Shown here: positions 37,591 through 50,630 of the stretch, piece by piece | Numbering within the stretch: the first letter of the stretch is position 1 | Layout: each line of letters begins with the position of its first letter | Source of the DNA: Eledone cirrhosa | Lineage: Eukaryota | Length of the DNA: 64,000 bases | Reading direction: 5' to 3' | Assembly (NCBI GenBank): GCA_964016885.1 | Contig: OZ024742.1 | Coordinates: forward strand, 45,012,001 to 45,076,000 | The notes under the pieces: model-generated | The model's database searches: none | What the model was told of the DNA's origin: nothing | Seen by the model: only the letters and a program-made list of their open reading frames with translations | Position numbers and translations under genes: made by a program

Positions 37591-38449
37591 TTAAGTATAA
37601 AAAAAAGAAAAGTATCATGAGAGAAATTTCTAGAACTTTTGCTTTTATTGATAGTACTAAAGGCTCTCAACTCAAAAGGTATCCTATGATGATAAAATAG
37701 CATTTAAATGAATGATCAATAAGATATTGTATGATAATAATAACGTTAAAGTGAATTACCAACAGTAAAGGCAATGATTTGAATAGATGAGAGATAAATA
37801 TGATCCATTGAATGTGTGGTATTAATCTGAAGACTTGAAAAATTTCTAGTGAATCAAGTATGTAGCAATATTGTTTACGTGATATATTGGAGATATATAC
37901 AGACTAAAAGGGAATATCATAAAGTGTGTCTGAGAAGAAATATTGTTGATGGCAGCTTTTGTTGTTGTTATAGCTCACACCTCAAAGGCTGGAGTAGCTT
38001 CTTATAAGGAGGTGTCTTGAGTGTTTTAAGAATAGGGGTCTCAATCTTACCACAACTCTGAAAGGATGAAAGACAAAGTTGACTTTGGTGGGCGATTTTA
38101 ATTCAGAACACAAACAGCTGATTTTGCATGAGGAATGGTACTATATAATTTTGTCCTGATGAAATTTAGCATAAGTTTATTGAGCAGCTAGTATTCTCCC
38201 TGCTCCACCTGTCGTATTCTAAGTTGTTTAGGTGCAGGTCAGCTTTGATTAAGCAAACCTATCATCAAAGGCATCCCAACCATGACCACCCCTTTTCAGA
38301 GGCTTCTATATAATCTGTATCTTTCATTTGTTGATGGTTAGGTGTAATCCAAGAGAGATTTGGCTATTATTTCTAGCAGGCCAATCAGCTATATAAAAGT
38401 TTCCTTGTTGGATTGATGAATGGATTTTAATTTGTATTAGTGTACTCCC

Positions 38450-38493
<44 letters not shown>

Positions 38494-38638
38494 CGTTGAC
38501 AAATATATCAATATGCCCAGACATGCAGATATATTGCCCTTGGTATGACTGTGGTTTTAGCTCAATGTAGGATAACTAGTATACTACAGAGCCGTTATAG
38601 GAATAACCAAAGAGTACTTAGAAATACATTGTTTTATT

Positions 38639-38685
38639 AGCTAACAGTGTTTCATCCATACACCATGGCAGGAATCATCAGAGCT
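38639..38685 (-). ncRNA. Minimal hammerhead ribozyme motif
   Basis: Minus strand: agct CTGATGA t-tcc-tgccatggtgtat-gga-t GAA ACACTGT T agct. Stem I agct/agct, near-palindromic stem III; first stem II pair is U-U. Confidence 0.6.
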
Positions 38686-39243
38686 TATAAACATGAGTAT
38701 ATCAGTAGTTGCATGCTCCATCGAGCTGCGTCACCAGAACAAGGTTAAAGGAGCAGCAGGGGGGGGGGGGTCTACAGGCCAGCGCTATATGGAAAAAGGC
38801 AGAATACATGATGCACATAATGTCATAAAATGTCTTAAAAATTTAAAAATTAAAAATTACACCAAAAAATTTATCACTTAAATGGTGCAATAGATGATAA
38901 AGAGGTTGGGAGAGGGTAGCAAGGGAAGAGTGAGGGTATTACTCTGAGTAAGGGTATTACTCTGTGTAGTGGGATGGGGTTAAGAGGTGCCTACTGACTG
39001 TAGGTTTCGCTTTGTACATAGGCAAGGCGGGTCTTCTGTATTACTGCGTAGCGCCAAAGCTCTCAGTCCAGTGACATTGTCTTAGAGAGGTGTAAGTGTG
39101 TAAGGTCAGAATTTATCAAATCGTCCCAGGTTTTTCTGGGTCTACCTACTCCGTAACTTCCATATAATATACATGCATTTAAAACTACACACTATACTAT
39201 ATACATGACATTGTCACAGCCTACATTACAATATATCTGTATG

Positions 39244-40146
39244 TATGGTCCCGTGACTCCTGATAGTGGTAGGGGCTCCATATTGACATACAGCATTTCT
39301 TGGGCATTTTTAAACCTAACAGAGCCCATTCCTCTGCAGGCCTGAGTACAGCAGATTTATTCCAGAGAGAGATAGAAAGTGAGAGAGAGGAAATGAGAAA
39401 GAGATATAGAGGAAGAATCGACCCCAGTACTAGACTGGTACTTTTTTTTATCAACCTCGAAAGGATGAAAGGCAAAGTTGATCTCGGCGGGATTTGATCT
39501 CAGATATACAATAAATATACATACTATATATAACATGACATTACCACAGCCTACATTACAATATACATACATTTAAAACTTCACACTATACTATATATAA
39601 CACGACAGACAAAAGTGAATGACATCAGTTTAACCTTTTATTCATTATTCACATTTCTTAGTCCTTTGAAAATATTCCTAAAACAGACAGCATAATCGTC
39701 TTTGGTAAACAAAGTCAGTCTGGTGTACATCAAATTATTTTAGATGGCAAATTGCAGGATATATTTTGGTTCTTTGTGTTCTGTCATGGTCAACTTTGGC
39801 TTTCATCTTTTTTGGTATAAGGCGACAAATTGGCAGAGTTGCTAGAATGTCGGATAAAATGCTTTATGGTATTTGTTCCGACTCTGTCTCTAAGTTCAAA
39901 TCCCACCAAAGTCAACTTTGCCTTTCATCCTTTCAAGGTCGATAAAAAAAAAAGTACCAGTCTAGTACTGGTGTCGATATTTTCTCTATATCTCTTTCTC
40001 TCACTTTTTATCTTTCTTTGGAAGAAATCTGCTGTACTTGGGCCTGGAGAGGGATGGTATCTGCCAGGCTTAAAATGTCCAAGAAAGGCTGTATGTCAAT
40101 ATGGCGCCCCTACGACTCTATCAATAATTATGGGAACATACCATAC
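39244..40146. repeat. Inverted pair of a Meta-SINE variant with a distinct 3' tail (39244-39504 minus; about 39820-40146 plus)
   Basis: gccccta..ccatattgacatacagc..gcagattt..gtactagactggtac..ggatgaaaggcaaagttga is matched in reverse complement. Confidence 0.8.
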
Positions 40147-40449
40147 CATGGTCAACTTTGCTCCTCATCCTTTTAGGGGTTGATAAATAAAGTACCAGTC
40201 TAGAGCAGTGGACTGACAAAATCCCTGGATTGTTGGATGGTATGCTTTGTTGTATTTATTGTTTTGTTGTTTGTTGTATTTTTTTGTTTGTTTGTATTCT
40301 AAGTTCCAAACCCACTATGGTTCTTGCCACCATGAAAGGGATTGGATCTCTATCATGTAGACACATGTAGTTTACCATGAATAACAATAATCCATGGTAT
40401 TCACCTGTTGAAGGCAGATGGTACCTAATAAAGATCTTCTTTTTTTTTC

Positions 40450-41420
40450 CTCTTCCTTATCCTTCCACATACTCCTGGGATTTTGTGGGGGCAGAGTCCT
40501 TAAGCACGCCTTCCAGTGGGTCATGCCAGAAACAACTGCCTTCAATTGATCCAGGTGGATCCTCAAGTGAGACAAGCCAAGCTCATGGATGTTATCCAAC
40601 CATCTTACTCAGAGGCTACCCCTAGGTTTTCTGCCAGTTGGTTTTGCCCATAAAATCTGCCAAGACATTCTGACCACATGTCTTAGTATCAGAGCTTTGA
40701 TCTCTCAATTCAGAGAAGTAGCGGCTCTAACTGGAGTGACTCCCTTATCTCTGAGCTATGCACTCTACTGAGTAACATTACTCCCAAAACCCTTCAGAGT
40801 AAACCCCCTTTTGGCCGCTTGTATTCGTGATTGTATTTTTTCGGTTATTACCCAAGATTCATGACCATAGATAAGGGTTGGCATGAATACTGAATTGAAG
40901 ATAGCAAGTTTGGCTTTTACGCCTATCTTCTTTCTTCTGATTACTGAATGCTGAAGCTGGCACATTACTGCACCAGCTCCTGCAATTCATGAACTTAATT
41001 CAGTCTCCTGCCTTCTTCATACTTGAACTTCTCCACCTGCTTCAGTGGAACTCTTCTCACATGTAGTAGATGAGGGCCCCGGTTTGTGCAGCAATCGTTT
41101 TCATTCCTGTTGTGCTACACTCGCCAACAAACTTATCAAGTGCATGTTGGAAATCCCCTTCCAATGAGTTAAGTAGTACCATGTCATCTGCAAATTCAAG
41201 CCGACTGATCATGCTGTCGCCAGTCATGATACCACTTCCAACCCAGCCGCACATATCAATCCTGTTCATGAAGATTATGAACAGAAGAGTTGACAGTAAG
41301 CACGTTTGGCAGAGTCTGACATCCATATGGAATGGTTTTGCACCATTTATCTGAATATAAATACTAGGGCATTTGTATAGAGACTTTAGGGTAACGAGCT
41401 GTCCATCGATCCCACACTTA
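40450..41420 (-). mobile_element. RTE LINE 3' fragment
   Basis: LLSTLLFIIFMNRID, SRLEFADDMVLL, VFMPTLIYGHESW. Confidence 0.8.
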
Positions 41421-42668
41421 ATAATATGTATTTTTAATTTGGCAAGATAGGGGGGACAATTTTGAACTTGTTTTTTTTTTTTATTATTGGCATTAGGAAG
41501 GGCATCCAACTGTAGAAACCAAGTCAAAATCTGCCCTGTGTGAGCAAAACATGGTTCTCTGACCTAATCTCTCCCAAAGGGACAGCCTCTCCTACCCATG
41601 CTAGTGAGGAAAATGGACGTTAAATGATGATGATGATGGCCTTATGACTGAAGCATAGACTCCACTTTCATTTAATTGCTGGAAGCAGTGTTAGAAGATT
41701 CACTAAAGTAAATATATATGATTGTACAAGTGTTGGCATAGGAAGAAATAATTAAATTCAGAAACGTCATCTGCATGAAAAACAATAGTTAAGTTAATGT
41801 TAACACGGAGCATTAAAAAATCAATGTAGAAATACAACAGCAGTTTCATTCCTGCACTATATAGACACTTACATATCTCACATAATATATTTCACAATAA
41901 CTGCTGTTAACTTTGGTTGAGTTACATCTTAGAATATAGCTAACAATTTCCCCAATTCATTTACAACACTTATTCCTTAATAAAAGAGACAAGTACCCAT
42001 TTAAACATTATTTCTCTCTCTCTCTTTCTCTCTATCACCACCATTACTGCTTGTGAATAATCTTCAAATGTTTTGTCTTTGAAAGCTAATCTGTATAATT
42101 GCTCTTGTTTTTGTTCTATGTAGAGAACATCTGAAACAAAAAGATAAACATGCATGCCCACACACCGCACACTTGCACATTCACAAATACACTCATTCAT
42201 ACTCACTCAGAGACATATTAATCACACTAACTTATACACATATATACATGTATACACACATTTAATCAGACATGTGTACATAGGCACTCATTCATACCCA
42301 TACACACACACCTACTTGAAAATAAATACATGGTGAAAGCAAATCGAAGATAATTAACTAATTTTTCCTTCCTTCTGAAAGTAATACAGGTAGTCCTCTA
42401 TTTATGTAGTGGGTGCATTCCTGAAAAATGTACAAATGTTGATTTTTCGAATCTAGAATCCTTGAATCACATTAATTGTGGTGTTATATTCCCATGGAAG
42501 TTAGGTTGCTCTGGAGAATTGATACTCCAAACATAAGGAGAAATACTCTCCTATTAATCTTTGTTTCTGCTGCAAAGTCACTGGGTTCATTTTGAATGAT
42601 AAAATGCATGAATGTATCTGACCTGGATATAGAGCTAGGAAAATTAAAGACAATAAAACTTAATTAAT

Positions 42669-42855
42669 TGTTTCTACTTTTGGCACAAGGCCAGCAATTA
42701 TCCCAGTGCATTACTGGTACTTCATTTTATCGACCCCGTAAGGATGAAAGGCAAAGTTAACCTCGGCGGGATTTGAACTCAGATCATAAAGGGAGGTAAC
42801 TCTATGCTTCAAAGCATGGCGTCCGACCCTCTACCGATACTGCCAATCCACCACC
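42669..42855 (-). mobile_element. Meta-type SINE
   Basis: Near-identical to the 35910 copy; TSD-like cttaattaat. Confidence 0.88.
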
Positions 42856-42896
42856 TTAATTAATAAATCCACCAACTTAATTAATAAAACATATTA

Positions 42897-43310
42897 AGGT
42901 CATAAAGCATGGCTTGGATGCTACAGGCTTCCTCTCCCAGCTCGAGCTGGCGAGGCTCAACCGAGTGGATGGCAAAAAGCCAGACGGTATGACCATCTTC
43001 TTGTTCCGCAGTGGTAAGCCCCTCATCTGGGATGCCACATGCAGTGACATATTCTCCAGCAGCAACCTAGCGCAGTCCGCAACTAACCCAGGCTCTGATG
43101 CACTTCAGGCTGAGGAGAGTAAACTCTCAAAATATTGGTTGCTCTCCAACAAGTTTGCGGTTTAGTCCATGGCAGTGGAGACTTCTGGTGTCCTTGGCCC
43201 TAGGGCTACTTCCCTGCTCACCATCATTGGCACAGAGTTGGCTATCCGCAGGTGTCAATCTCGCGAGCTCGAATTACTCTTCCATCGTGTCTCCCTCACC
43301 ATCCTCTCGG
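42897..43310 (+). mobile_element. CRE-clade 3' fragment (second copy)
   Basis: DGKKPDGMTIFLFRSGKPLIWDATCSD; aligns with 5397-5810. Confidence 0.75.
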
Positions 43311-43851
43311 ATTCACCTTCTCTATTATACAGTTGTGATATAAAAATTATCATATATTATCAGCTTTTAAAAACTTTTAAATAACTTGCTGATTATCACA
43401 TTTTGTTTTCTCTTGATAAAGGAGTCTGTAGCATTGCTGTATTGTTTTGAATAGCTCTACAAACCTGTGAACTTGGGTAACATTCTTCTAGAATGTTTAA
43501 GAACTGCTTAGAGTATGAAAAAACTTCATTAATTTTCTTCCCTGCAAACATTTGGATAAATATAATTTGAATGTTATGTAATTAGTTCTTTCACATTTTT
43601 AGTAATGACTTGCAAATTCAGTTGATTTGTAAGCTGAACAACTTCCTCTGTGACAGTTTTAGGGATACCCTCAAAATCTTTAAAATCTGGTATTAAATTT
43701 GGGCATACTTTTTACCAGCAACCTTGCGTTGTTGATTTTTTTGATTTCATTCTAAGAAACTACAATATTATTGATAGATTTCTAAATCTTTTCCAGAACT
43801 CTCTTAGGTTAGGCCCATCTTCCTTTTCAGTTGGTGTGATAGCATGTTTAA

Positions 43852-44230
43852 TTCTTTAGCATTTAAACCGGCTGTATCCGACCAAAATTTTCTCACCTCT
43901 TTCTGTTCAAACCGGTGGTAACTGGCTGCTCATGTTAAGGTATTGTTCTCAAAATAAATAATATAAAATTCTCATAGATTGGATATTATGAGAGCTAATT
44001 ATGTGAGGTAAACCTTTACTATGAAAATATAGTAGTATATATATAGCAGGGATTCCCAAACTTTTTCAAACATGGAACCCTTTTTGCTTCAGAAACTTCT
44101 GGGTGAGCTCCAAGTCTAATATGGTCTTAATATGAATATACTCTTCTATTTTTTTCATGGAACCCCAGACATTCCTTTGCAGAACCCACGTTGGGAACCA
44201 CTGATATAAAGTAATGTAAATATTAAAGGG
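43852..44230. mobile_element. piggyBac-type MITE containing a hAT MITE
   Basis: TTAA at 43848 and 44231; same internal sequence as 37393 in reverse orientation. Confidence 0.65.
44047..44203. mobile_element. hAT-type MITE
   Basis: TIR cagggattcccaa / ttgggaaccactg; 8-bp TSD atatatag / atataaag (7/8). Confidence 0.7.
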
Positions 44231-44332
44231 TTAACAGCTTTGTTTGTGGTATTATTTGATTCATTGGCTGGGTTTCATTTGTGGTATTTGAAGACAAAAA
44301 TACCACTTTAATTTCAGCATAAAGATCTTTAA

Positions 44333-44522
44333 CCCTTTAATGTTCAAACTGGCCAAAACCGGCCAGAATTCTCTACCTCTTTCTGTTGAAACTGGCTGTA
44401 ACTGGTCAGTCAAACTGATGTTAAGGTATTGTTCTCAAAATAAATACTTTCAAAATCTCATAGATTTGATATTATGCGAGGTAAAGCCTTTACCATGAAA
44501 ATATAATAGTATATATAGAGGG
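44333..44522. mobile_element. piggyBac-type MITE with its right end tandemly duplicated
   Basis: ttaa ccctttaatg..agaggg ttaa, followed by a repeat of ataatagtatatata.agggttaaatgggcaagagtt. Confidence 0.6.
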
Positions 44523-46344
44523 TTAAATGGGCAAGAGTTATAATAGTATATATAAAGGGTTAAATGGGCAAGAGTTTTATTTAAAACTAACAATATCTTA
44601 AATGATAAATTATTCCTGGCAAAACATTCTTTAACTGTAGGAATGTAATGAATACTAAATCAATTTTAATACAATTACAGTAGCCCAGACTTATTTGATT
44701 GCTTTGGGGTTTTTTTTCCAAATGACAGGTGACATTTTTTTGCTCTTCTCTTTCAAAACTCTAAGATTTTCAAAGTATTGGTTTTAGTTTAAAGTTGCCA
44801 GCTATATTACCTCCAACAGGTTGTGTTAGTCTGTCCTTAGCTGATTTATTCATATCTAGGCTCAATAATGTCTTTGTGTCTTATAAACATGCATCCTCTT
44901 CCAAAAATCTGCTGGGCAGTAGAATCTCCTTCACCATTGTCAGCAAAATTTAGAATATATTTTGTAGTAGCTTCTTTATGTGTACTAGCTATTTCTCCAG
45001 TCAGTTGAAGCTTATGCAAAGCTGCTTGAAATTCTGTGGCACCAGCAGCCTATTTTCCCAAGTGTTCCTTCCAATCTCTATCTTGAATTATAGCAAAACT
45101 CACTAGAACATTTTTTCTATGTTGGTCATCAATCCAAACTATTAAAGAATTCTCCATTTTTTTCATCACATCACTAGTCCTCATTTTTTTCAATATAATT
45201 GTCAGTATATTTCCTGTCTTACATACTTGTTCTTTAATTTTCTAATTAATGGTAGATACAGTTTTTATTTAAAGGTGGATGTGTCTGATATGAGGGAAAT
45301 TTAGCTGTTATTTCTAGTAGGTTTGATACTGTTCTATGAGCTAGAGTACAAATTTAGGGCCTTCATATGTCTTGTGAGATTATGGATCTACACTTAGAAA
45401 GTTCCTCTTCAAGGTGAAGACTTGAGCCAGGTTTATTATGGAAAACTAGCAGTTGCAGTACATATGAATTTTGTTTCTTCAAACCACTGATGTTGTCCAA
45501 GGAAAACACCAGAGCCAGCGCAGCTTGACACTAGCGATGTTACAGGTAAATTCAGAACATAAAAAAGCTGAAAGACATACCACAAGGCATTACATCAAAT
45601 ACTTAAACAATTCAGCTGATCTACCATCCTAGACTGGTACTTTATTTATCAACCCCCAAAGGATAAAAAGCAAAGTTGACTGTGGCATGATTTCAACTTG
45701 GAGCACAAATGGCCAGAACAAATACTGCAAAACGTTTTTTTCTTTAATTCGACTCTCAAATGGCTCTGCTAGTTTGCCGCCAAATGAGATAATGTAATAC
45801 AGACAAAATTTCTCTCTCTTCAATCCTTATTCTTTCTCTCTCTCTCCAGTTATCTCTTTTTCTCTTTGTCTATCCCCCCTCACTTTCTCTCTTTACCTAT
45901 CCCTCTCTCTCACTTATTTCCCCACAACATGTGAGAATCTAGTTGGAAACAAGATAGGATCATAAATATAAAACTGATGATAACTTTGATATTTTATCTT
46001 TGTAATATTTTTATAGACTAATTAGTGAGAATCCAGCCTCAGTTTTGAAATATAAAAAGGAAACCATATACATTTCTAGGCATATCAAACCTACTATACA
46101 TACTCGTATATAAGCCAAGAAATATATGACAAAAAATTGAATTGTAAAATAAGGAGTCAGCATATATTTGAGGTCAATATTTTGCTGGTTTTCATCAACT
46201 TCAAATTATATGTAAATATGGGGCAAAAATATCTGGGATGATTATTTTACAATGAAACATTTTTTTCTTTTTTACTATATCATCATTAGTGTTATTTACG
46301 CATTCCCTTGGAAATATTTCCAAATTTTTATAATTTGAACTTTT

Positions 46345-48404
46345 TAATAGATATGTTTCTTTATTAGCCACAGGGACACAAATGAAGGGGACAAATACAA
46401 AGGGAAAAGCTTACATACAATAAAAACGTGTAAAATACTATCACAAATGTAATTTAAAAGTTAATCGATTTTCCCCAATAGAGGGAGACATTTCATATGG
46501 GTAACACATACCCCCGAAAAAATGTGCAACCCTCATCTCCAGGAGTATGAAGAGTTTGTACCCCTTTCCTCTCTTCCTCTTTTTCCTCAACCTACAGGCT
46601 GATATAGAGAGAAGGCCCATTCACTCGGGCCATTGTCGCCACTTTCACTCACCTTTCATAAAACTTGCTGGGGTACAGCACCTCTCTCTCCATCCTGATT
46701 CTTCTTCCAAAGTGGTATTTGAAAAAAAGAATCAGTTGTTGGCCGGAGAGAAAGGTGTCTGACCTCAGCCCTTTTAACCTCGTTCACCATACAACCTCTT
46801 TCGTCATAGCTATCACACAAAGGAAAACCGCCTCTCCTTCGTTTTTGAAGGAGGGTGGCGGTTTGATCATGACAATGGACTTGGTGGTCAACCGAGTCGT
46901 TCTACATAGCCCCACAGGTCGGTAACGCCCGGGCAGTGTATGAATGCATGCGCGACGGTTTCTTCGTCTCGCACGCATCTCGGACAGATCTTTTTCGAAG
47001 GATCCCTGCCTGGGCGCCCATATCTGTAGAGCTTGTCCCGAACTGGTAGACCTCCTCGGTAGCACTGCCAGGCCAGGGACTTTTGGAAGTTGTCCATCGG
47101 TCCCGGGCGGAAGGTCCTACCGATCAGACTGGCCAGTTCATCTTCCTCTACGCCTAGAGTTTCTCCGAGCGCGTCGTCGCACTTGCTGCAGATCAACCCT
47201 CTATAGAATGACGAAGTGGAGTCTCCACTGATCACCGGGTTCGCCTGCCAGAGTTCTGTGAGCACCTGAGCACATTTGATGTGCCAGTCGCCCATTTTCC
47301 TCGGTCTTTGCTTGACCCAGGACTGCAGCTCGGTCAGCGAGACGAGTTGTGGGGAGACTCGCCTTACGAACGGGGCCCACACCGGTTGTCCAGTGAGGAA
47401 TATGTAGAGATGCCGCAGCCTGAGCACATGTTTGCGCATCGTCAGCCACGGCATCCCCAGCCCTCCATTAGAAGGGTGTTGGCAGCAGATGGATCTTCTC
47501 ACCAAAGGAATTGGAAGAGCGCACGCTCCATTTTGGTGAGCGTTTTGACTGGACAAGGCACATCGGTCAAGCGGTAGTAGATGACGGACGCTATAAAAGT
47601 GTTTGCCACATCCGCTCGACCTTTCAGGGATAGTTTGCACTCGGCCCACTTCTGGGTGAGTGCAAACACCTTGGCTATCACCTAGTTCCAGTTCTTCTCC
47701 ATCTGGAGGTCCGGACCAAACCAGACCCCGAGCAGCTTTACCGGTCCTTCCGTCCAGCATTCGACGACGCCATCGGAAGGCATCGGTTTGCCTCTCCATG
47801 ATCCGAGTTGCAAACCAATGGACTTGTCCCGGTTCAGCTTCGCTCCTGTGAACCTTTCGTATTCCTTCAGTAAGGTGCCAACTTCCTCGATTTGCGAGGT
47901 GCTCGACACCATTACTGTCACGTCGTCAGCGTAGGCCAACGCCGCTTTCCGCAGTCCCGGTTCCAGAGGGATGTCCTGCAATAGCTCCAACTTCCGCAGT
48001 AATGACTTGAGAGTCAGTACGTACAGAAGGGAGGAGAGAGGGCATCACTGTCGAATGGATCATGTGATATGGAACGGCTCCGAGAGGTAGCCGTTCACCC
48101 TCACTCTTGAGCAGATGTTGCTGTTGTGCATTGCAGCAATCCAGCCCCTGAACACGGGTCCGAAGCCTGCTGCCTCGAGCACCGCATCCAGGTAACGATG
48201 GTCAACCCTATCGAAAGCTTTAGACTGATCCCAGTTGATCAGGGCTCCACCGAAGCCAGATTTCCACCCTACCCTCTCTATGATGTATCGCATGAGGTGG
48301 AGGTTGTCGTGTATGGACCTGGTCGGGATTGCGCATGTCTGAGCTTCACCCACCAGGTTTTCGACGACAAGCGCTAGCCTCTTTGCCAACACCTTGGCCA
48401 AAAT
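46345..48404 (-). mobile_element. Tx1/L1-clade LINE 3' half (RT + C-terminal CCHC), frameshifted
   Basis: ILAKVLAKRL..QTCAIPTRSIHDNL..DQSKAFDRVDH, AYADDVTV, VKLLGVWFG, CPRC..ETVAHAFIHCP; 3' end aataaagaaac. Confidence 0.88.
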
Positions 48405-48947
48405 ATACCATACATATACATGCATACACATATGCACACACACACACACATACATGCACTCACATGTACACTAACTGTTTTTCTCTGGCTTAATACTTTT
48501 TCTTTCAGGCTTAGGTAAGATTGAAATCTTCCTTCTGACTTGTGTTTTTTTTTGCTCTCACTTTCTCTCCCTTCTCTTGCCCTCATTTGCTGTCTCTCCC
48601 TCCCTTTTCTACTCTATGAATCTCTCTACAAAATTATTTTATTCAATCTCTTGCTTTCAAATACTCCCAACATGTAAGTGGTCAAAAGAAACTTGTTGAA
48701 ACTATAAAATGGATGAAATGATAAAAAAATCATTACATAATGGAGTTGTAAAACAAAAACTATATTCTAAATAACACTTAAAACATTTTAAACATTAAAA
48801 TATTAAAACTTCATAAATAAATCATATACTCCACACCATCTAAACGTGTTGATTAGCTTATAAATGGGATTTGGATTTTTGCCTATTTCTCAGACATAAT
48901 GGGGGGGGGGGGGGGCTTATATTTTGTTCGGTTTATATTCAAATATA

Positions 48948-50192
48948 TAAGGTTTGTCCCAAAAGTAAGGGTACTGATTTTTCTATGTTCAGCATGGTAA
49001 TGCAGCACCTTGTTGATGTATATAGGTATGTTGATTATGACCTTGGCTGTATATACATACTTGTTTCAACATGATTCATTGAGTCAGTTGTGAGGTATTG
49101 CTGTTTATGTACAGATGTGTTTATAAGCTCTGTTACCTTTGCGGTGCAGGAAAATATTGTGTGAAACAAATCTGCCACAAGTTTATGGAGATGCAACTGT
49201 ATTGAGAAGTAAAGTTTTAAGTGACACAAAGCTTTGAAAGAGGCCTGAGAAAATGTTGAAGATGAACCTCATTCTGGAAAGACAACCTCGTCAACAAATA
49301 AACAAAATGTAGAAGTGGTGTGAGCAATGATGATGAAAGATCACCGATTAAGTGTTAGGATGATTACAGAAGAAATGTGCTTGGATAAAATGCAGTTGAC
49401 AAAATTTTAACAGACCATTTGTACATGCAAAAAATTTGTGCAAAACTAGTACCCAAACACTTACCTGTGGAACAAAAAGCGAACCAGTTAGAAATTTGTT
49501 GGCATTTGCTAGAAAGACTTGAAATTAATCCACCTTTCTTGGATAAAGTAACAGGAGTTGAATTATGGGTGTTTGAGTATGATCCAGAGGCAGAACAGCA
49601 AAGTAATGAGTGGTACACAAAAAAATTTGCTCGTCTGAAGAAATCCCACATTTGCAGATCCAGGGTTAAAGTGAGGATTATCATTTTTTTCAACAGCCAT
49701 GGTATTTATTGTTCACAAAGAATTTTCAGCTCCAGGATAGACTGATTCACACCTTCTACAAAGATGTCTTGAAATAACTTCGAAAATGTGTCCAGCGAGT
49801 CCGAAAGGACATTGCAAGAGTTTGGGTACTGCACCACAGTAACATGCTTGCTTATACAGCACTTTCAATTAGAGAATTTCTGGTGAAGAAAAACACTCCC
49901 ACTCTTCTACATCCACTCTACAACCCAGATCTACCCTTTTCCCTAAGTTGAAATTGAAGTTGAAGGATCATCATTTTGGGGCTGTGGAAAACATATAAAA
50001 AACTGTAACTGACGAGCTAGGGACACTTACAGAAAATGACTTCCAGTACTGCAATGAACAATGGAAAAAACATTGGAGCCACTTCGTGACCTCCCAAGGG
50101 TCGTATTTTGAAGGAGATAACTTGTAATTTCATGTACATCTAATATACATTTAAATATAACATCAGTACCCTTACTTTTGGGACAAACCTCA
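48948..50192 (+). mobile_element. Full-length mariner DNA transposon with pseudogenised transposase
   Basis: Perfect 29-bp TIR aggtttgtcccaaaagtaagggtactgat (48950-48978 / 50162-50190) with TA flanks. KICAKLVPKHL, WVFEYDPE, HPLYNPDL (YSPDL-like); about 1.25 kb. Confidence 0.92.
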
Positions 50193-50596
50193 TATATAGT
50201 ATGTCATTGCCATAAATAATTTCAGATTAAACATTTACAATTAAATGACTATTAGTAATTATAAATAAGAAATTAAATGAAATCAAACTTATGTAATGGA
50301 AGATATTGACTTTATTTGATTACTTATGACAGGATTAACCATTGTTAAACAGTGATATGTTTGCTAGTTAAGACATTATAAACATTTGAATTAACAAACC
50401 TGTTTTTAGATATTTTCTGCTAAATCATTACAGGATGTTAAGAGTTAAGGTCCGCACTCTACTGATTCCACAATCCAAATACTTTTGGAAAGAGATTTAT
50501 TTTTCTGGTCTGCTTTATTGCATGATGAACTGGTGGTAGGCAATTTCTCTCACCCTACTGCAGTCTGCTCAAAACCTTAGTCCTTAAATAATTTCC

Positions 50597-50627
<31 letters not shown>

Positions 50628-50630
<3 letters not shown>

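Larger units (their letters stand above)
42387..45250 (-). mobile_element. Ancient Tigger/pogo DNA transposon relic hosting nested insertions
   Basis: Minus strand MENSLIVWIDDQHRKNV..IIQ (about 45160-45090), LTGEIAST..EA, NLREFWK..GCW*KVCP..DFKDFE (about 43810-43670); TIR-like caggtagtcctc at 42387. Confidence 0.5.
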
